Positions 36,992 to 47,688 of a stretch of 64,000 nt of DNA are shown here, in pieces. A model generated the notes under the pieces. It was given only the letters and a program-made list of their open reading frames with translations. It did not search any database and had not been told where the DNA came from. The stretch's first letter is position 1, and every line of letters starts with the position of its first letter. Made by a program: the position numbers and the translations under genes. The stretch lies in sequence record SRR31156797_986. One strand, given 5' to 3'.

Positions 36992-39900
36992 ATGAAAAGC
37001 TATTTACGTAACAAACAAAGCCTGCCCCTTACGGTTTTGTTTGCATTTTTTTTAACTCTCAACCCACTTCTGGCTCAGGTTGTTAACCTGAACAACGATA
37101 ACACCAACCTTAAAATCACAGAAAACACGTATTCACTTCTCGGACTTAAAAACACCGTTTCACAAATTACGGCATTTGACGTAAAATCTTCAGAAGGAGA
37201 TTTCAGTCAAATTCGCATTGATGGATATGGTTACTCCACAACAGTGGGTGAGCCGAAACTCCCGGTTATTAAAAAACTGATTGAAGTACCTTTGCGCAGT
37301 TATTTTGATGTTGAGATTACATATCAGGGCTACACAGATTACACACTTGCTGATTTCGGCCTTGAATCTCCGATTATTCCCGTTCAACCGTCTCTCTCAA
37401 AAAGCGAAGATCCTGAGAATGCTCCTTTCGAAATAAGTAAAGAAGTTTACATGATTGACGCACTATTGGGAAACCAGCTTGTTGAGGTTTATCCGCTTGG
37501 TATTATGCGAGGCATTAATCTTGCCCGTATTGAAGTTTCTCCGGTACAATACAATCCGGTTAAAGGCATTGTCAGGATTTATGAGAACCTTGCCGTGAAT
37601 ATTTCATTTGTAGGCGCCAACGTTCCTGAAACAATTCAGTTTAAAGAAGACCAGACCAACCGCTATTTCCAGAGCATGACCAGGATGGTTTTCAATTATA
37701 AAGACATTCAGACGGACGAATTGATCGATGACGAACCCGTCACTTACATCATCGTTTCAGATCCGATGTTTCAGGAATCACTTCAGCCGTTTGTTGAATG
37801 GAAAACAAAAAAGGGATTCAAAGTTGTTGAAGCATACACCGACAACCCATCTGTTGGAACCACTACATCAAGCATCAAATCTTACCTTGAGGATTTTTAT
37901 AACAACCCTCCTGCAGACTTCAACCCGCAGAGTTTTGTGCTTTTTGTAGGTGATGTTGCCCAGATACCCACTTTCGACGGAAATGCAGGTTATCACGTAA
38001 CCGACCTTTACTATTGCGAATACACCAACGACCTGTTTCCTGAAGCATATTACGGAAGGTTTTCAGCAACAACTCTTTCCGAACTTCAGCCCCAAATCGA
38101 CAAAACACTCGAATACGAACAATACACATTTCCTGATCCATCCTTCCTTGACGAGGTTGTGATGGTAGCAGGAGCCGATGCCTCACACTCACAAACCTGG
38201 GGTAACGGACAGATCAATTACGGAACCCAATACTATTTTAACGAAGACCACGGTTTGTATTCACATACCTACCTTCAGCCTGAACCGGGTGGTGGAAACT
38301 ATTCACAGAATATCCAGCAAAACATTTCTGATGGTGTTTCATATGCCAATTACACCGCACATTGCAGCCCTTCAGGGTGGTCGGATCCAAGCTTTGTAAT
38401 GAGTGATGTTTCCGGCCTGACAAATGCACACAAGTATCCACTGATGGTGGGTAACTGTTGCTCATCAGTAGAATTTCAAACCGATTGTTTTGGCGAAGAA
38501 ATTCTTCGTGCCCCGCTCAAGGGCGCAGTTGGTTACATTGGTGGTTCCAACAGCACCTACTGGGATGAAGATTACTGGTGGGGTGTAGGTTTTGAAACCG
38601 TTTCGGCCAACCCAACATACAATGCTGAGAATCTTGGTTCTTACGACCGTACTTTCCACGATCAGGACGGTGTTACTTTGGATGACTGGTACATTACACA
38701 GGGCCAGATGTCGGCTGCAGGTAACCTTGCTGTTACACAATCGGGCTCAAGCCGCGAAGAATATTATTGGGAAATTTATCACCTCATGGGTGATCCATCA
38801 CTAATGATTTATTTCTCTCAACCACCTGCACCTGCAGCTTCTTATCCCGGTTTAATGCCACTGGGTTCAGCAACTTTCACTGTAAATACAGAACCTTATG
38901 CTTATGTCGCCATTTCAAAAGAAGGAGTTCTCCATGGCGGTGCACTCGCTGATGCATCTGGTATTGCAGAAATTGAATTTGAAATCCCAATAACTGTTCC
39001 CGGTGTTGCTGATGTTGTAATTACCGGACAAAACCTGATGCCATACATGGGTGAGGTTACCGTAGCATCACCTGATGGTCCGTATGTGTTGCTCGACGAG
39101 GTAGAGGTAAACGACGATGCAGGGAATGGAAACGGAATGGCTGACTATGGTGAGTCCATCAGTCTGAATATTTCAATGAAGAATTTAGGTTCTGATGTGG
39201 CCGAGGATGTTGATCTTTCGCTGGAAAGTGAAGATATGTATGTTACAATCAGTAATGCAACAGCAACGCTGGGAAGTATCGACCCTGAGGAGGTTGTTAG
39301 TCTTACAGATGTTTTTGGCCTGGAAATAGCCGAAGATATTCCAGACGGACACAGCCTTGCTTTCGTTGTCTCAGCTTCTGATGGTGATGATATGTGGGAA
39401 AGTGGCTTTAACATAACAGGTCATGCACCGGTTCTTGCTTATAGCGATTACACCATACTTGATCCATCAGGTAACAACAATGGTAAACTTGATCCGGGTG
39501 AAACCGTTGAGGTGATTATTGGCGTATTGAATGATGGTTCTGCAGATGCCTACAATGTAACGGGTGAATTAACCTCGCCAAGTGCATTTGTAACAATTAT
39601 TACTCCAGAACCGCAGGATTTTGGTGATGTAGGATCTGGTGGTGAAGCCATGGCAACATTCGAAGTTTCTGCAGACGAAAGCACACCTGCCGGTCTAATT
39701 GCAATGTTCATGGTAGATTTAGAAGGTGACATGGGCGTTTCAGCCGAAGGAGAATTTAATGTGGTTATTGGTCAGATTCCTGTTGTGATTGTTGACCTTG
39801 ATGAAAATAACAGTTCAGCACCGCAAATCCAGACTGATATTGAGGACCTGGGCGTTGCTGTTGAATATGCAACATCTTTCCCGGAAGATCTCAATTTATA

Positions 39901-41110
39901 TTCATCCATTTTTGTATGCCTCGGAATTTACAGCGATAATTATGAGTTGACAAATGATGAAGGCAGTGCTTTGGCTGACTATCTGAACAATGGCGGTTTC
40001 CTTTACATGGAAGGCGGCGACACCTGGTATTTTGATGATCAGACTGCTGTTCATGGTATGTTTGGAATCAATGCAACCAGCGATGGTTCAGGCGATCTAG
40101 GAACTGTTGAGGGTGTTACCGGAACCATGACCGATGGTATGGTTTTCTACTATACTGGCGAAAATAACTGGATCGATCACCTTGAAGCCTCGGGTACGGG
40201 TGAGGTAATCCTGAATAACCAGAGCCCGGCTTATGGTTGCGGCGTTTCAAATGATGCCGGTGACTACAAAACCATTGGAGCTTCACTGGAATATGGTGGT
40301 TTGGATGCAACGTCACGCACACAGTTAATGGAAGCATTTCTTGATTTCTTTGAACTTACCGGTGGCAATGCCATGAACTGCGTGATGACCGCTGACCCGA
40401 GTGAAATTTGTTTCGGTGAATCTTCACAATTCAATGTTGAGGTTTATGGTGGCTCAGGGAATTATAGCTATCAGTGGGCACCAACTGAAGGGCTGAGTGA
40501 TCCCACTGTTGCAAATCCGGTTGCCAGTCCTGATGAATCAACAATGTATTCGGTTACCATTACTGACCTGACCTCCAATGATGAGGTGACAGATGAAATG
40601 TGGCTTGAGGTGATGGATTTGCCGGAAGCTGCAACAATTTCACAGGTGGGTGAAAACCTGGTATCAAGCGTGCAATTTGGAAACCAGTGGTACGACGACG
40701 ATGGAGCAATTACCGGTGCAACGGGTCAGATATACAGCCCCGCCGAATCAGGATATTACTACACAATTGTTACAAACAACTATGGTTGTGAATCCGAAAT
40801 GTCAAATGTGCTATACTTCCAGCCCACTTTCATCGAAGAGTTGAGCAGGCAGGGTTCACTAAGGGTTTATCCAAACCCGGCGGGAAGCCAGGTAAATGTT
40901 GACTTCCTTGCTGAAACTTCTGATGGTGTAATGATTTCAATTCTCAATGCTTTCGGCCAATTGCTCGAATATCATGAAGTAAAGGATATTAATAAATTGG
41001 GGTTAAATACAATACACCTTGACATGTCGGCATATGATGCAGGTGTGTATTATATCAAACTTCAGAACAGCGAAAAATCAGTTTCGAGGAAAGTGATTTT
41101 AAGCAACTAA
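36992..41110 (+). CDS. C25 gingipain-family cysteine peptidase, Lys-gingipain (Kgp)-like, T9SS CTD
   Basis: Propeptide GEPKLP; EWKTKKGF; ANYTAHCS; VGNCCSS; STYWDEDYWW; YHLMGDPS; YPNP CTD. Confidence 0.92.
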   Translation: MKSYLRNKQSLPLTVLFAFFLTLNPLLAQVVNLNNDNTNLKITENTYSLLGLKNTVSQITAFDVKSSEGDFSQIRIDGYGYSTTVGEPKLPVIKKLIEVPLRSYFDVEITYQGYTDYTLADFGLESPIIPVQPSLSKSEDPENAPFEISKEVYMIDALLGNQLVEVYPLGIMRGINLARIEVSPVQYNPVKGIVRIYENLAVNISFVGANVPETIQFKEDQTNRYFQSMTRMVFNYKDIQTDELIDDEPVTYIIVSDPMFQESLQPFVEWKTKKGFKVVEAYTDNPSVGTTTSSIKSYLEDFYNNPPADFNPQSFVLFVGDVAQIPTFDGNAGYHVTDLYYCEYTNDLFPEAYYGRFSATTLSELQPQIDKTLEYEQYTFPDPSFLDEVVMVAGADASHSQTWGNGQINYGTQYYFNEDHGLYSHTYLQPEPGGGNYSQNIQQNISDGVSYANYTAHCSPSGWSDPSFVMSDVSGLTNAHKYPLMVGNCCSSVEFQTDCFGEEILRAPLKGAVGYIGGSNSTYWDEDYWWGVGFETVSANPTYNAENLGSYDRTFHDQDGVTLDDWYITQGQMSAAGNLAVTQSGSSREEYYWEIYHLMGDPSLMIYFSQPPAPAASYPGLMPLGSATFTVNTEPYAYVAISKEGVLHGGALADASGIAEIEFEIPITVPGVADVVITGQNLMPYMGEVTVASPDGPYVLLDEVEVNDDAGNGNGMADYGESISLNISMKNLGSDVAEDVDLSLESEDMYVTISNATATLGSIDPEEVVSLTDVFGLEIAEDIPDGHSLAFVVSASDGDDMWESGFNITGHAPVLAYSDYTILDPSGNNNGKLDPGETVEVIIGVLNDGSADAYNVTGELTSPSAFVTIITPEPQDFGDVGSGGEAMATFEVSADESTPAGLIAMFMVDLEGDMGVSAEGEFNVVIGQIPVVIVDLDENNSSAPQIQTDIEDLGVAVEYATSFPEDLNLYSSIFVCLGIYSDNYELTNDEGSALADYLNNGGFLYMEGGDTWYFDDQTAVHGMFGINATSDGSGDLGTVEGVTGTMTDGMVFYYTGENNWIDHLEASGTGEVILNNQSPAYGCGVSNDAGDYKTIGASLEYGGLDATSRTQLMEAFLDFFELTGGNAMNCVMTADPSEICFGESSQFNVEVYGGSGNYSYQWAPTEGLSDPTVANPVASPDESTMYSVTITDLTSNDEVTDEMWLEVMDLPEAATISQVGENLVSSVQFGNQWYDDDGAITGATGQIYSPAESGYYYTIVTNNYGCESEMSNVLYFQPTFIEELSRQGSLRVYPNPAGSQVNVDFLAETSDGVMISILNAFGQLLEYHEVKDINKLGLNTIHLDMSAYDAGVYYIKLQNSEKSVSRKVILSN

Positions 41111-41126
41111 AGCATTTTTAAAAGTA

Positions 41127-41151
41127 AAACCGGGTTTATAAATCCGGTTTT
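41127..41151 (+). terminator. Intergenic hairpin between the two C25 genes
   Basis: AAAACCGG...CCGGTTTT. Confidence 0.6.
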
Positions 41152-41218
41152 GCTTTTTTCCATCTCCTCTCCAACTAACAAATTGAATTTAAATAACTAA
41201 TTATAAAATCATTAAAAC

Positions 41219-44200
41219 ATGAGAAAACTCGTATTTATTTACTTAACGCTTTTTAGCTTTCTAGGAGTTATGGCCGACAATGGCTATGATGTTAACTTTA
41301 AACAGGAAAACGGAACTGCCGGGGTTGTTGAGTTCACTGTAGAACAGTATGATTTCAAAACTGTAAATCATGGTGGAACTGATTTTACCCAAATCATTTT
41401 CGACGGCAGGGTTGTAACCGCTGATAAAGGTTATGCCGAACTTCCTTATGTAAATGCAAACATTCAGCTTGGTGCAATGCAGCATGTTGAGGTTGCTTTT
41501 AACGGATTAAGCTATACCGAAATTCAGCTTGATCATCCGTTGGTGCCATCACGTGGTGTGATTTACCGAAATCAGGACCCAACACAGATTCCATATGAAA
41601 TTGCTCCGGAATCAATTGTTGATGAATATTATCCTGCAACTTTTGTTGATATGGCCGAACCATACATCATTAAAGATGTACGTGGAACTACTGTTTATTT
41701 TTATCCTTTCCAGTACAATGCGGTTTCCCAAACATTACGCATCTGGACAAAAGTTGAGGTTGTTCTGAACGAGGTTGCCGGCGAGCCGGTAAATCCACTT
41801 TATAAAACTTCAGGTAAAGTCTTCCCGGAGATGGAAGGTATGTATCATTCAGTTTTCATGAATTATGAGAACAACACAGACGACCTCACAGTTGGCGAAA
41901 CTGGTGATATCCTGGTAATTACTACCTCTAGGGATGAGGATGCTATACAGCCCTACATCGACTGGAAAATGATGAAAGGCTACGATGTGTTTAAAGAAGT
42001 TGTTTCAACCGGAACAAACGTTGCCGGCCTCATCCAGGACAAGTATGATGAAAACAACGATATTCTTTATGTTCAGCTCGTTGGTGACTGGGCAGATGTC
42101 AAATCGAACCTGGGTGGTGGTGCCAATGCCCCGATGGATCCAATGTTGGGTTGTGTTGTTGGTACAGATAACTTTCCCGATATTGCAATTGGCCGTTTTT
42201 CAGCCAATTCAGCAGATCATGTAACTACTCAGGTGAACAAAGCCATTACTTATGAAAAAGAACCTGCCGGCGACTGGTACAATAATGCCATTGGTGTTGC
42301 AAGTAACCAGGGCCCCGGTGATGACAACGAATACGATAATGCGCATAATGACGTAATTTGGGAAAACCGCCTCGAGCCTTTTACATATGATAATTATAGT
42401 TCAGCTTATGATCCCAGCGCTAACCAAACCATGGTTAAAAACTACATTGAGCAAGGTGCTTCAGTCATTAACTATACTGGTCACGGTTCAGCAACATCCT
42501 GGGGCTCATCCGGGTTTAGCAACTCCAATGTAAACCAGTTGACCAATGGTGAAATGCTACCTTTCATTTTCTCAGTGGCCTGTGTAAACGGGGCTTTCCA
42601 CAACAGTAGCGATTGTTTTGCCGAAGCATGGCTTAAGAAAGAAAATGGTGGTGCAGTTATGACTTTGATGGCAACAATCAACCAGCCATGGGATCCGCCA
42701 ATGCGCGGCCAGGACTATTTCAATGACCTTTTGGTTGGTGGTTATGATTATAATGGAAACCCGGGTAGCGGTATCAATTCAGAAGATGGCCGATCAATCA
42801 TTGGCTCAATCGTAGCCAACGGACTTACATTGATGTACACAGAAGCAAACCAGGGGCAGGACCTCGAAACCATTCAAACATGGACAATCTTTGGTGATGC
42901 AGCATTGCAGGTCAGAACAGACGAACCTGCTGCTGTTACATTATCAAATAACGTAATGCTTGTTGGTGCTAACTTCGAAACAACAGTAACTGTTGGTGGT
43001 GCTGCCTTCGAAGGTGCATTGGTTGCACTTTCACAGGATGGCGTTTATGCAAGTGCTTACACCGATGCATCAGGTATGGTTTCCATTCCAAATGAATTCC
43101 TTCCTGGTGACGTAACCCTCGTTGTTACAGGTTTTAACACCGAAACTGTTTATGAAACCATCCAGTGTATTCCTCCTTCAGGACCATATGTGATCTTTAG
43201 CGCTGTTGAAGTAAATACAGCAACAGGCATGCTGGAGTATGGTGAGACATCTACACTCGATCTCGCCATGAAAAATGTAGGTGTTGAAAACGCCACAAAT
43301 GTTGAGGTTACTATTTCTACAGATGATACTTACGTTACAATTACCGACAATACTGAGAACTTTGGTACAATCGAACCTGACGCTGTTGTAAATATTGAAA
43401 ATGCATTCGAAATTGAAGTTGCTAACGATATTCCTGATGGTCACGGAATCATTTTCAACGTTATGGCTTCAGGTGGCAGCATCTGGGAAAGCTCATTCTC
43501 GCTTACAGCAGTTGCCGGAGTTCTGGAATATGCCGAATATTCAGTTATGGATATCGAAGGTAACAACAACGGTAAACTCGATCCGGGTGAAACTGTTGAC
43601 TTGTATGTTACAGTGCAAAACACCGGTGGTGCATCCGTGGACAATATTATGGGAGAACTTACATCAGCCGACATGTATATCACCATTGATGGTGGTGAAA
43701 TGGATTTTGGTGATGTTGATGCCGGTGGAACTGCTGAAGCTTCTTTCACTGTTTCTGCCGAAGAAGACACTCCTGCTGGCCACATAGCCGAATTTGGTTT
43801 TGCCTGGGCTGCTGATAAGGATGTTGCCGGAGCCGATGACTTTATTACGGTTGTTGGTCAGATTCCTGTGCTGATTATTGATATGGACGAAAACAATAAT
43901 TCAGCCAGTGAAATTGCAGCGTCACTTGATGGCGTTGACCTTTCATACGAGGAATCAACTTCATTGCCTGAGGATCTTAACCTTTACTCATCAGTCTTCC
44001 TTTGCCTGGGTATTTACTCTGACAACACAGAGCTTTCATCAGCCGATGGACAGGCGCTTGCCGATTACCTGAATGCCGGTGGTAACCTTTATATGGAAGG
44101 TGGCGATACCTGGTATTATGATGACCCAACTGCAGTACATGAGATGTTTGGCCTTACAGGAACTTCTGACGGTTCTGGCGACCTGGGTACGATCAATGGT

Positions 44201-45238
44201 GTTGCCGGTACAATCACCGAAGGCATGACTTTTAACTACAACGGTGATAACAACTGGATCGATAACCTCGAAGCTACTGATGGTGTAGCTATTCTCAACA
44301 ATGCGTCGCCTGCATACACTACTGCTGTTGCTTACGATGCAGGTACTTATAAAACCATTGGTGCATCTCATGAATTTGGAGGTCTGGGAGCAAATCGTGG
44401 TGAGTTGATGGAAGCTTACCTTGATTTCTTTGATATGATGCCAAGTTCACTTATTGCCAGCTTTACTGCCGATGTTACCGAAGGATGTATGGACATGGAA
44501 GTGTCATTTACGGATAATTCAGTTGGGGCAACATCATGGAACTGGACGTTCCCGGGTGGTACACCCGGAACATCAACTGAGCAAAATCCAACTGTTACTT
44601 ATAGCATGGTAGGCGATTTTGATGTAACACTTGAAATTTCAGATGGTACCGAGGTCACTGAAATGACAATGACCGACTACATTACAGTAATGGATGTTCC
44701 TGAACAAGCCGGACCAATTGATGGCGATCACGAAGTTGCCATGGGTGAAGTTGAAGAATATCATGTTTCTGAAATGGATGATGCTACATTGTATCAGTGG
44801 GAAGTCTCACCTGAAAATGCAGGTACACTCGATATTGATATGAACACCGTTACCATTACTTTCAGCGAAAGCTATATGGGTGAAGCCGTTCTTAAAGTAT
44901 GTGGCGGTAATGAGTGCGGAATGGGTGATTACTCCGAAGATTTCGACCTGATGGTTATGGATCCAACCGGAATCTATGATATCCAGGGCGCAACTGTTGG
45001 CATTTATCCAAATCCAAACAGCGGCCGCTTCAGCATTGAACTTGCAACCGAACAGGCTGCTAACTATGATGTGAAGCTGATCAATGCTTTGGGTGTTGAG
45101 ATCCTAAACAAAACTGTTGAAGTTAACGGCAAGTACACCGAAGATATCGACATTTCAGGAATGGCAGAAGGTGTTTATTACCTCTACCTGAGACATGAAG
45201 AACAGTCGATCGTTGAAAAGATCGTTATTCAGAAGTAA
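41219..45238 (+). CDS. C25 gingipain-family cysteine peptidase, Arg-gingipain (Rgp)-like, with PKD domain and T9SS CTD
   Basis: IAIGRFSA; INYTGHGS; FSVACVNG; TINQPWDPPMRGQD; WTIFGD; SWNWTFPGG PKD; YPNP CTD. Confidence 0.92.
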   Translation: MRKLVFIYLTLFSFLGVMADNGYDVNFKQENGTAGVVEFTVEQYDFKTVNHGGTDFTQIIFDGRVVTADKGYAELPYVNANIQLGAMQHVEVAFNGLSYTEIQLDHPLVPSRGVIYRNQDPTQIPYEIAPESIVDEYYPATFVDMAEPYIIKDVRGTTVYFYPFQYNAVSQTLRIWTKVEVVLNEVAGEPVNPLYKTSGKVFPEMEGMYHSVFMNYENNTDDLTVGETGDILVITTSRDEDAIQPYIDWKMMKGYDVFKEVVSTGTNVAGLIQDKYDENNDILYVQLVGDWADVKSNLGGGANAPMDPMLGCVVGTDNFPDIAIGRFSANSADHVTTQVNKAITYEKEPAGDWYNNAIGVASNQGPGDDNEYDNAHNDVIWENRLEPFTYDNYSSAYDPSANQTMVKNYIEQGASVINYTGHGSATSWGSSGFSNSNVNQLTNGEMLPFIFSVACVNGAFHNSSDCFAEAWLKKENGGAVMTLMATINQPWDPPMRGQDYFNDLLVGGYDYNGNPGSGINSEDGRSIIGSIVANGLTLMYTEANQGQDLETIQTWTIFGDAALQVRTDEPAAVTLSNNVMLVGANFETTVTVGGAAFEGALVALSQDGVYASAYTDASGMVSIPNEFLPGDVTLVVTGFNTETVYETIQCIPPSGPYVIFSAVEVNTATGMLEYGETSTLDLAMKNVGVENATNVEVTISTDDTYVTITDNTENFGTIEPDAVVNIENAFEIEVANDIPDGHGIIFNVMASGGSIWESSFSLTAVAGVLEYAEYSVMDIEGNNNGKLDPGETVDLYVTVQNTGGASVDNIMGELTSADMYITIDGGEMDFGDVDAGGTAEASFTVSAEEDTPAGHIAEFGFAWAADKDVAGADDFITVVGQIPVLIIDMDENNNSASEIAASLDGVDLSYEESTSLPEDLNLYSSVFLCLGIYSDNTELSSADGQALADYLNAGGNLYMEGGDTWYYDDPTAVHEMFGLTGTSDGSGDLGTINGVAGTITEGMTFNYNGDNNWIDNLEATDGVAILNNASPAYTTAVAYDAGTYKTIGASHEFGGLGANRGELMEAYLDFFDMMPSSLIASFTADVTEGCMDMEVSFTDNSVGATSWNWTFPGGTPGTSTEQNPTVTYSMVGDFDVTLEISDGTEVTEMTMTDYITVMDVPEQAGPIDGDHEVAMGEVEEYHVSEMDDATLYQWEVSPENAGTLDIDMNTVTITFSESYMGEAVLKVCGGNECGMGDYSEDFDLMVMDPTGIYDIQGATVGIYPNPNSGRFSIELATEQAANYDVKLINALGVEILNKTVEVNGKYTEDIDISGMAEGVYYLYLRHEEQSIVEKIVIQK

Positions 45239-45261
45239 GATTTCAGAAAAATAATTCATAT

Positions 45262-45292
45262 AAGGCCGGCAGTTTTTTGCCGGCCTTTTTTT
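45262..45292 (+). terminator. Intrinsic terminator
   Basis: AAGGCCGGCA...TGCCGGCCTT then T-run. Confidence 0.8.
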
Positions 45293-45334
45293 ATATTTGT
45301 CATCACCAAATAACAAATAAAAAAAATCTAAGCT

Positions 45335-45787
45335 ATGAAAAACTTACTCGCCCTTTTTTTGATGGTCTTTTGTTTTATCAATCTGAGTGCACAGGATGTA
45401 TCCAAAGCTGAAACCCTGAAAAGCTTTCTTGACGGAACAATTACCTTCAATGCCGAAGACATCAATCAGCATGAACCACTCATCAGTCTGCGCAAACTGG
45501 CTGTAGCAGAGGCTGACAAAGCCATTGAGCTGACAAAAGAAAACATCGAAGCCTCCATCCGGGAAATGAAGGATTATAGCAGTGCAGTGATCATTGTAGG
45601 GAAACATACCATCGTTAAAATTACTGATGTTGACGATTGCAAGCAGTCGGGTGCCTGGGGAGCATGCATGCCGAAAGCAACGGGATACGTGCAAAAACAG
45701 GGACAACTGATCTCTCATGACAATTACATCAATTTTATAATTGGTGTTCCTGATAATCAGGTGCGCACGTTGTATCTGTTTAAATGA
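45335..45787 (+). CDS. Hypothetical secreted protein
   Basis: Signal peptide ending LSA-Q; CKQSGAWGAC motif. Confidence 0.7.
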   Translation: MKNLLALFLMVFCFINLSAQDVSKAETLKSFLDGTITFNAEDINQHEPLISLRKLAVAEADKAIELTKENIEASIREMKDYSSAVIIVGKHTIVKITDVDDCKQSGAWGACMPKATGYVQKQGQLISHDNYINFIIGVPDNQVRTLYLFK

Positions 45788-45790
45788 TAA

Positions 45791-46822
45791 GTGGCGAAAT
45801 CCCTGGAAATGACATTTGCAACTTACCTGCACAAAGAAATCTTTGAAACCCTGATACCTTTTGATGAGATCAACTTCGAAGGGTATTCCTATCCGCATTT
45901 TAATAAATTGAGGAAAATTCTCGACGAAAAACTGAGCCGTTTTCCAAAATTGCCACTCAGCAAAGCTGATTTTGAAATTTATTACCTCGTTCATGAAAAA
46001 TCCTTTCTTGATGATATATTGCTGCTCTCCCAGGGTGAAGAACCTGTTGCACCATTAAACAGGACCATAGAATGCTCAGGTATGGAATTCGCCATTCCCG
46101 GCTACCAGTATGCCCTTGGCGGGATGATTGAAGCCATTGGCCAGGCCATGCATGGCAATCTCGACAAGGCTTACCTTTTTAATGTTGGCGGGCATCATGC
46201 CCACAGCGATTATGCCCACGGCTACAGTCTGCTCAATACCATGGCGGCAGCTATCAGGCATAGTCAGGCTCATGGTCTCGGGAAAGTTTTGATTGTGGAT
46301 TGGGATATCCACCACGGTGATGGCACACAACAAATCTTTCAATATGATCCGGATGTGCATCAGATCAGCATTCACAGTGCTGTGGATTTTTATATGATGA
46401 AAGCATCTGATATAGAAAGAGGAACAACCACCTATGCCGAAAACGTTGGCCACTGCAATATCCCGGTTTTGTGGGACGGTTTTGAAGAGGACTTTTTTGA
46501 AGATATAAACCTGCAGGGAAAATTTTATAGGGCCAGCCAAATTATGCAGGCGTTGAATGTTGCCCTTAGTCGTGTGCCTTTTGCACCTGACCTGGTCTTC
46601 ATTTTCTCTGGTTACGATGGCCATGTGGATGATTGTGGCGAAGGCATAACCAACTATTCCACCGAGGATTTCCGGCAACTTACCCGACTTGTTCTGGATT
46701 ATGCCTCTGTACGAAATCTGCCTGTAATATCCGTTCATGGCGGTGGTTATGCTTCACCAGTGGATATCACCATCAATGCTGCTTTGGCGCATGTGGAGGA
46801 GTTGGTGAATTACAGAAAATAG
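45791..46822 (+). CDS. Histone deacetylase/AcuC-like Zn-dependent deacetylase
   Basis: GGHHA, GYSLLN, VDWDIHHGDGTQ, SIH, SGYDGH, GGGY. Confidence 0.9.
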   Translation: MAKSLEMTFATYLHKEIFETLIPFDEINFEGYSYPHFNKLRKILDEKLSRFPKLPLSKADFEIYYLVHEKSFLDDILLLSQGEEPVAPLNRTIECSGMEFAIPGYQYALGGMIEAIGQAMHGNLDKAYLFNVGGHHAHSDYAHGYSLLNTMAAAIRHSQAHGLGKVLIVDWDIHHGDGTQQIFQYDPDVHQISIHSAVDFYMMKASDIERGTTTYAENVGHCNIPVLWDGFEEDFFEDINLQGKFYRASQIMQALNVALSRVPFAPDLVFIFSGYDGHVDDCGEGITNYSTEDFRQLTRLVLDYASVRNLPVISVHGGGYASPVDITINAALAHVEELVNYRK

Positions 46823-46862
46823 AAAACTTATTTAGTGAAAATCCTTACAAAACAATCATTGC

Positions 46863-47597
46863 ATGAAAAACAAACTCTTTACCGAAAAACAGATTTACAC
46901 CGGAACCTTTTTTGGAGGCCCCATAACATCTGGAATCCTGATCTATAAAAACTTTAAACGAATTGGGGACGATCAAAAGGCAAACTGGACCTTAATGTTT
47001 ACCGGCATTTTCACGGTTTCAATATTCTACGGTTTGATGAAACTACCTGAGGAGGTAACAGGCAAAATTCCAGATATCATCTTCACTTCACTTTATACTT
47101 TTATAGTTTATATAATCTACAATAATTTGCTGGCCGAAAAGATCAATGCAAGGATTATGGATGACGATGACGAAGCATCCAACTGGACGGTGGCGGGGTT
47201 TTCAGTTTTAGGCCTTTTATTAAACCTGATTATCATTTTTGCTTTTGCCTTTGCACAACCTGCATTTCCTGGTGATAAATATGAGTTTGGCGAAATGAAA
47301 CATGAGATTTTTTATGATCATGGGGAAATATCTGAAACACATCTTCAAGCCATTGGAATGGCCCTTGCCAGGTTTGAATATTTTAACAATGATGCAAAGC
47401 AGTCAGTCAGGGTTGACAGAATTAATAATCAGTATGTCCTGATCATGCCACTCCAAAAGGAGTATTGGCAGGATCAGGGGATTGTAAACGAGTTGGCGTA
47501 TTTAAAGGTAATGCTTCGGGCATCAATAAATGAACCCTTTACAATACGGTTGATTCACTACGAGTTATCCGGTGACACGGAAACCATGGATTTTTAG
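46863..47597 (+). CDS. Hypothetical membrane protein
   Basis: About four N-terminal TM segments (TFFGGP motif) plus soluble C-domain. Confidence 0.7.
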   Translation: MKNKLFTEKQIYTGTFFGGPITSGILIYKNFKRIGDDQKANWTLMFTGIFTVSIFYGLMKLPEEVTGKIPDIIFTSLYTFIVYIIYNNLLAEKINARIMDDDDEASNWTVAGFSVLGLLLNLIIIFAFAFAQPAFPGDKYEFGEMKHEIFYDHGEISETHLQAIGMALARFEYFNNDAKQSVRVDRINNQYVLIMPLQKEYWQDQGIVNELAYLKVMLRASINEPFTIRLIHYELSGDTETMDF

Positions 47598-47688
47598 CGA
47601 TGTATTTTCTCATGGTGGATTCCTGTGTGGAGGATTGGAAAACATATTCTGTTAAATTTGGGTCGCGTAGATAAAAAATGATTAGCAT

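Noticed and set aside
45344-46738. 216-aa and 220-aa minus-strand ORFs
   Set aside because: Antisense shadows of the hypothetical and HDAC genes
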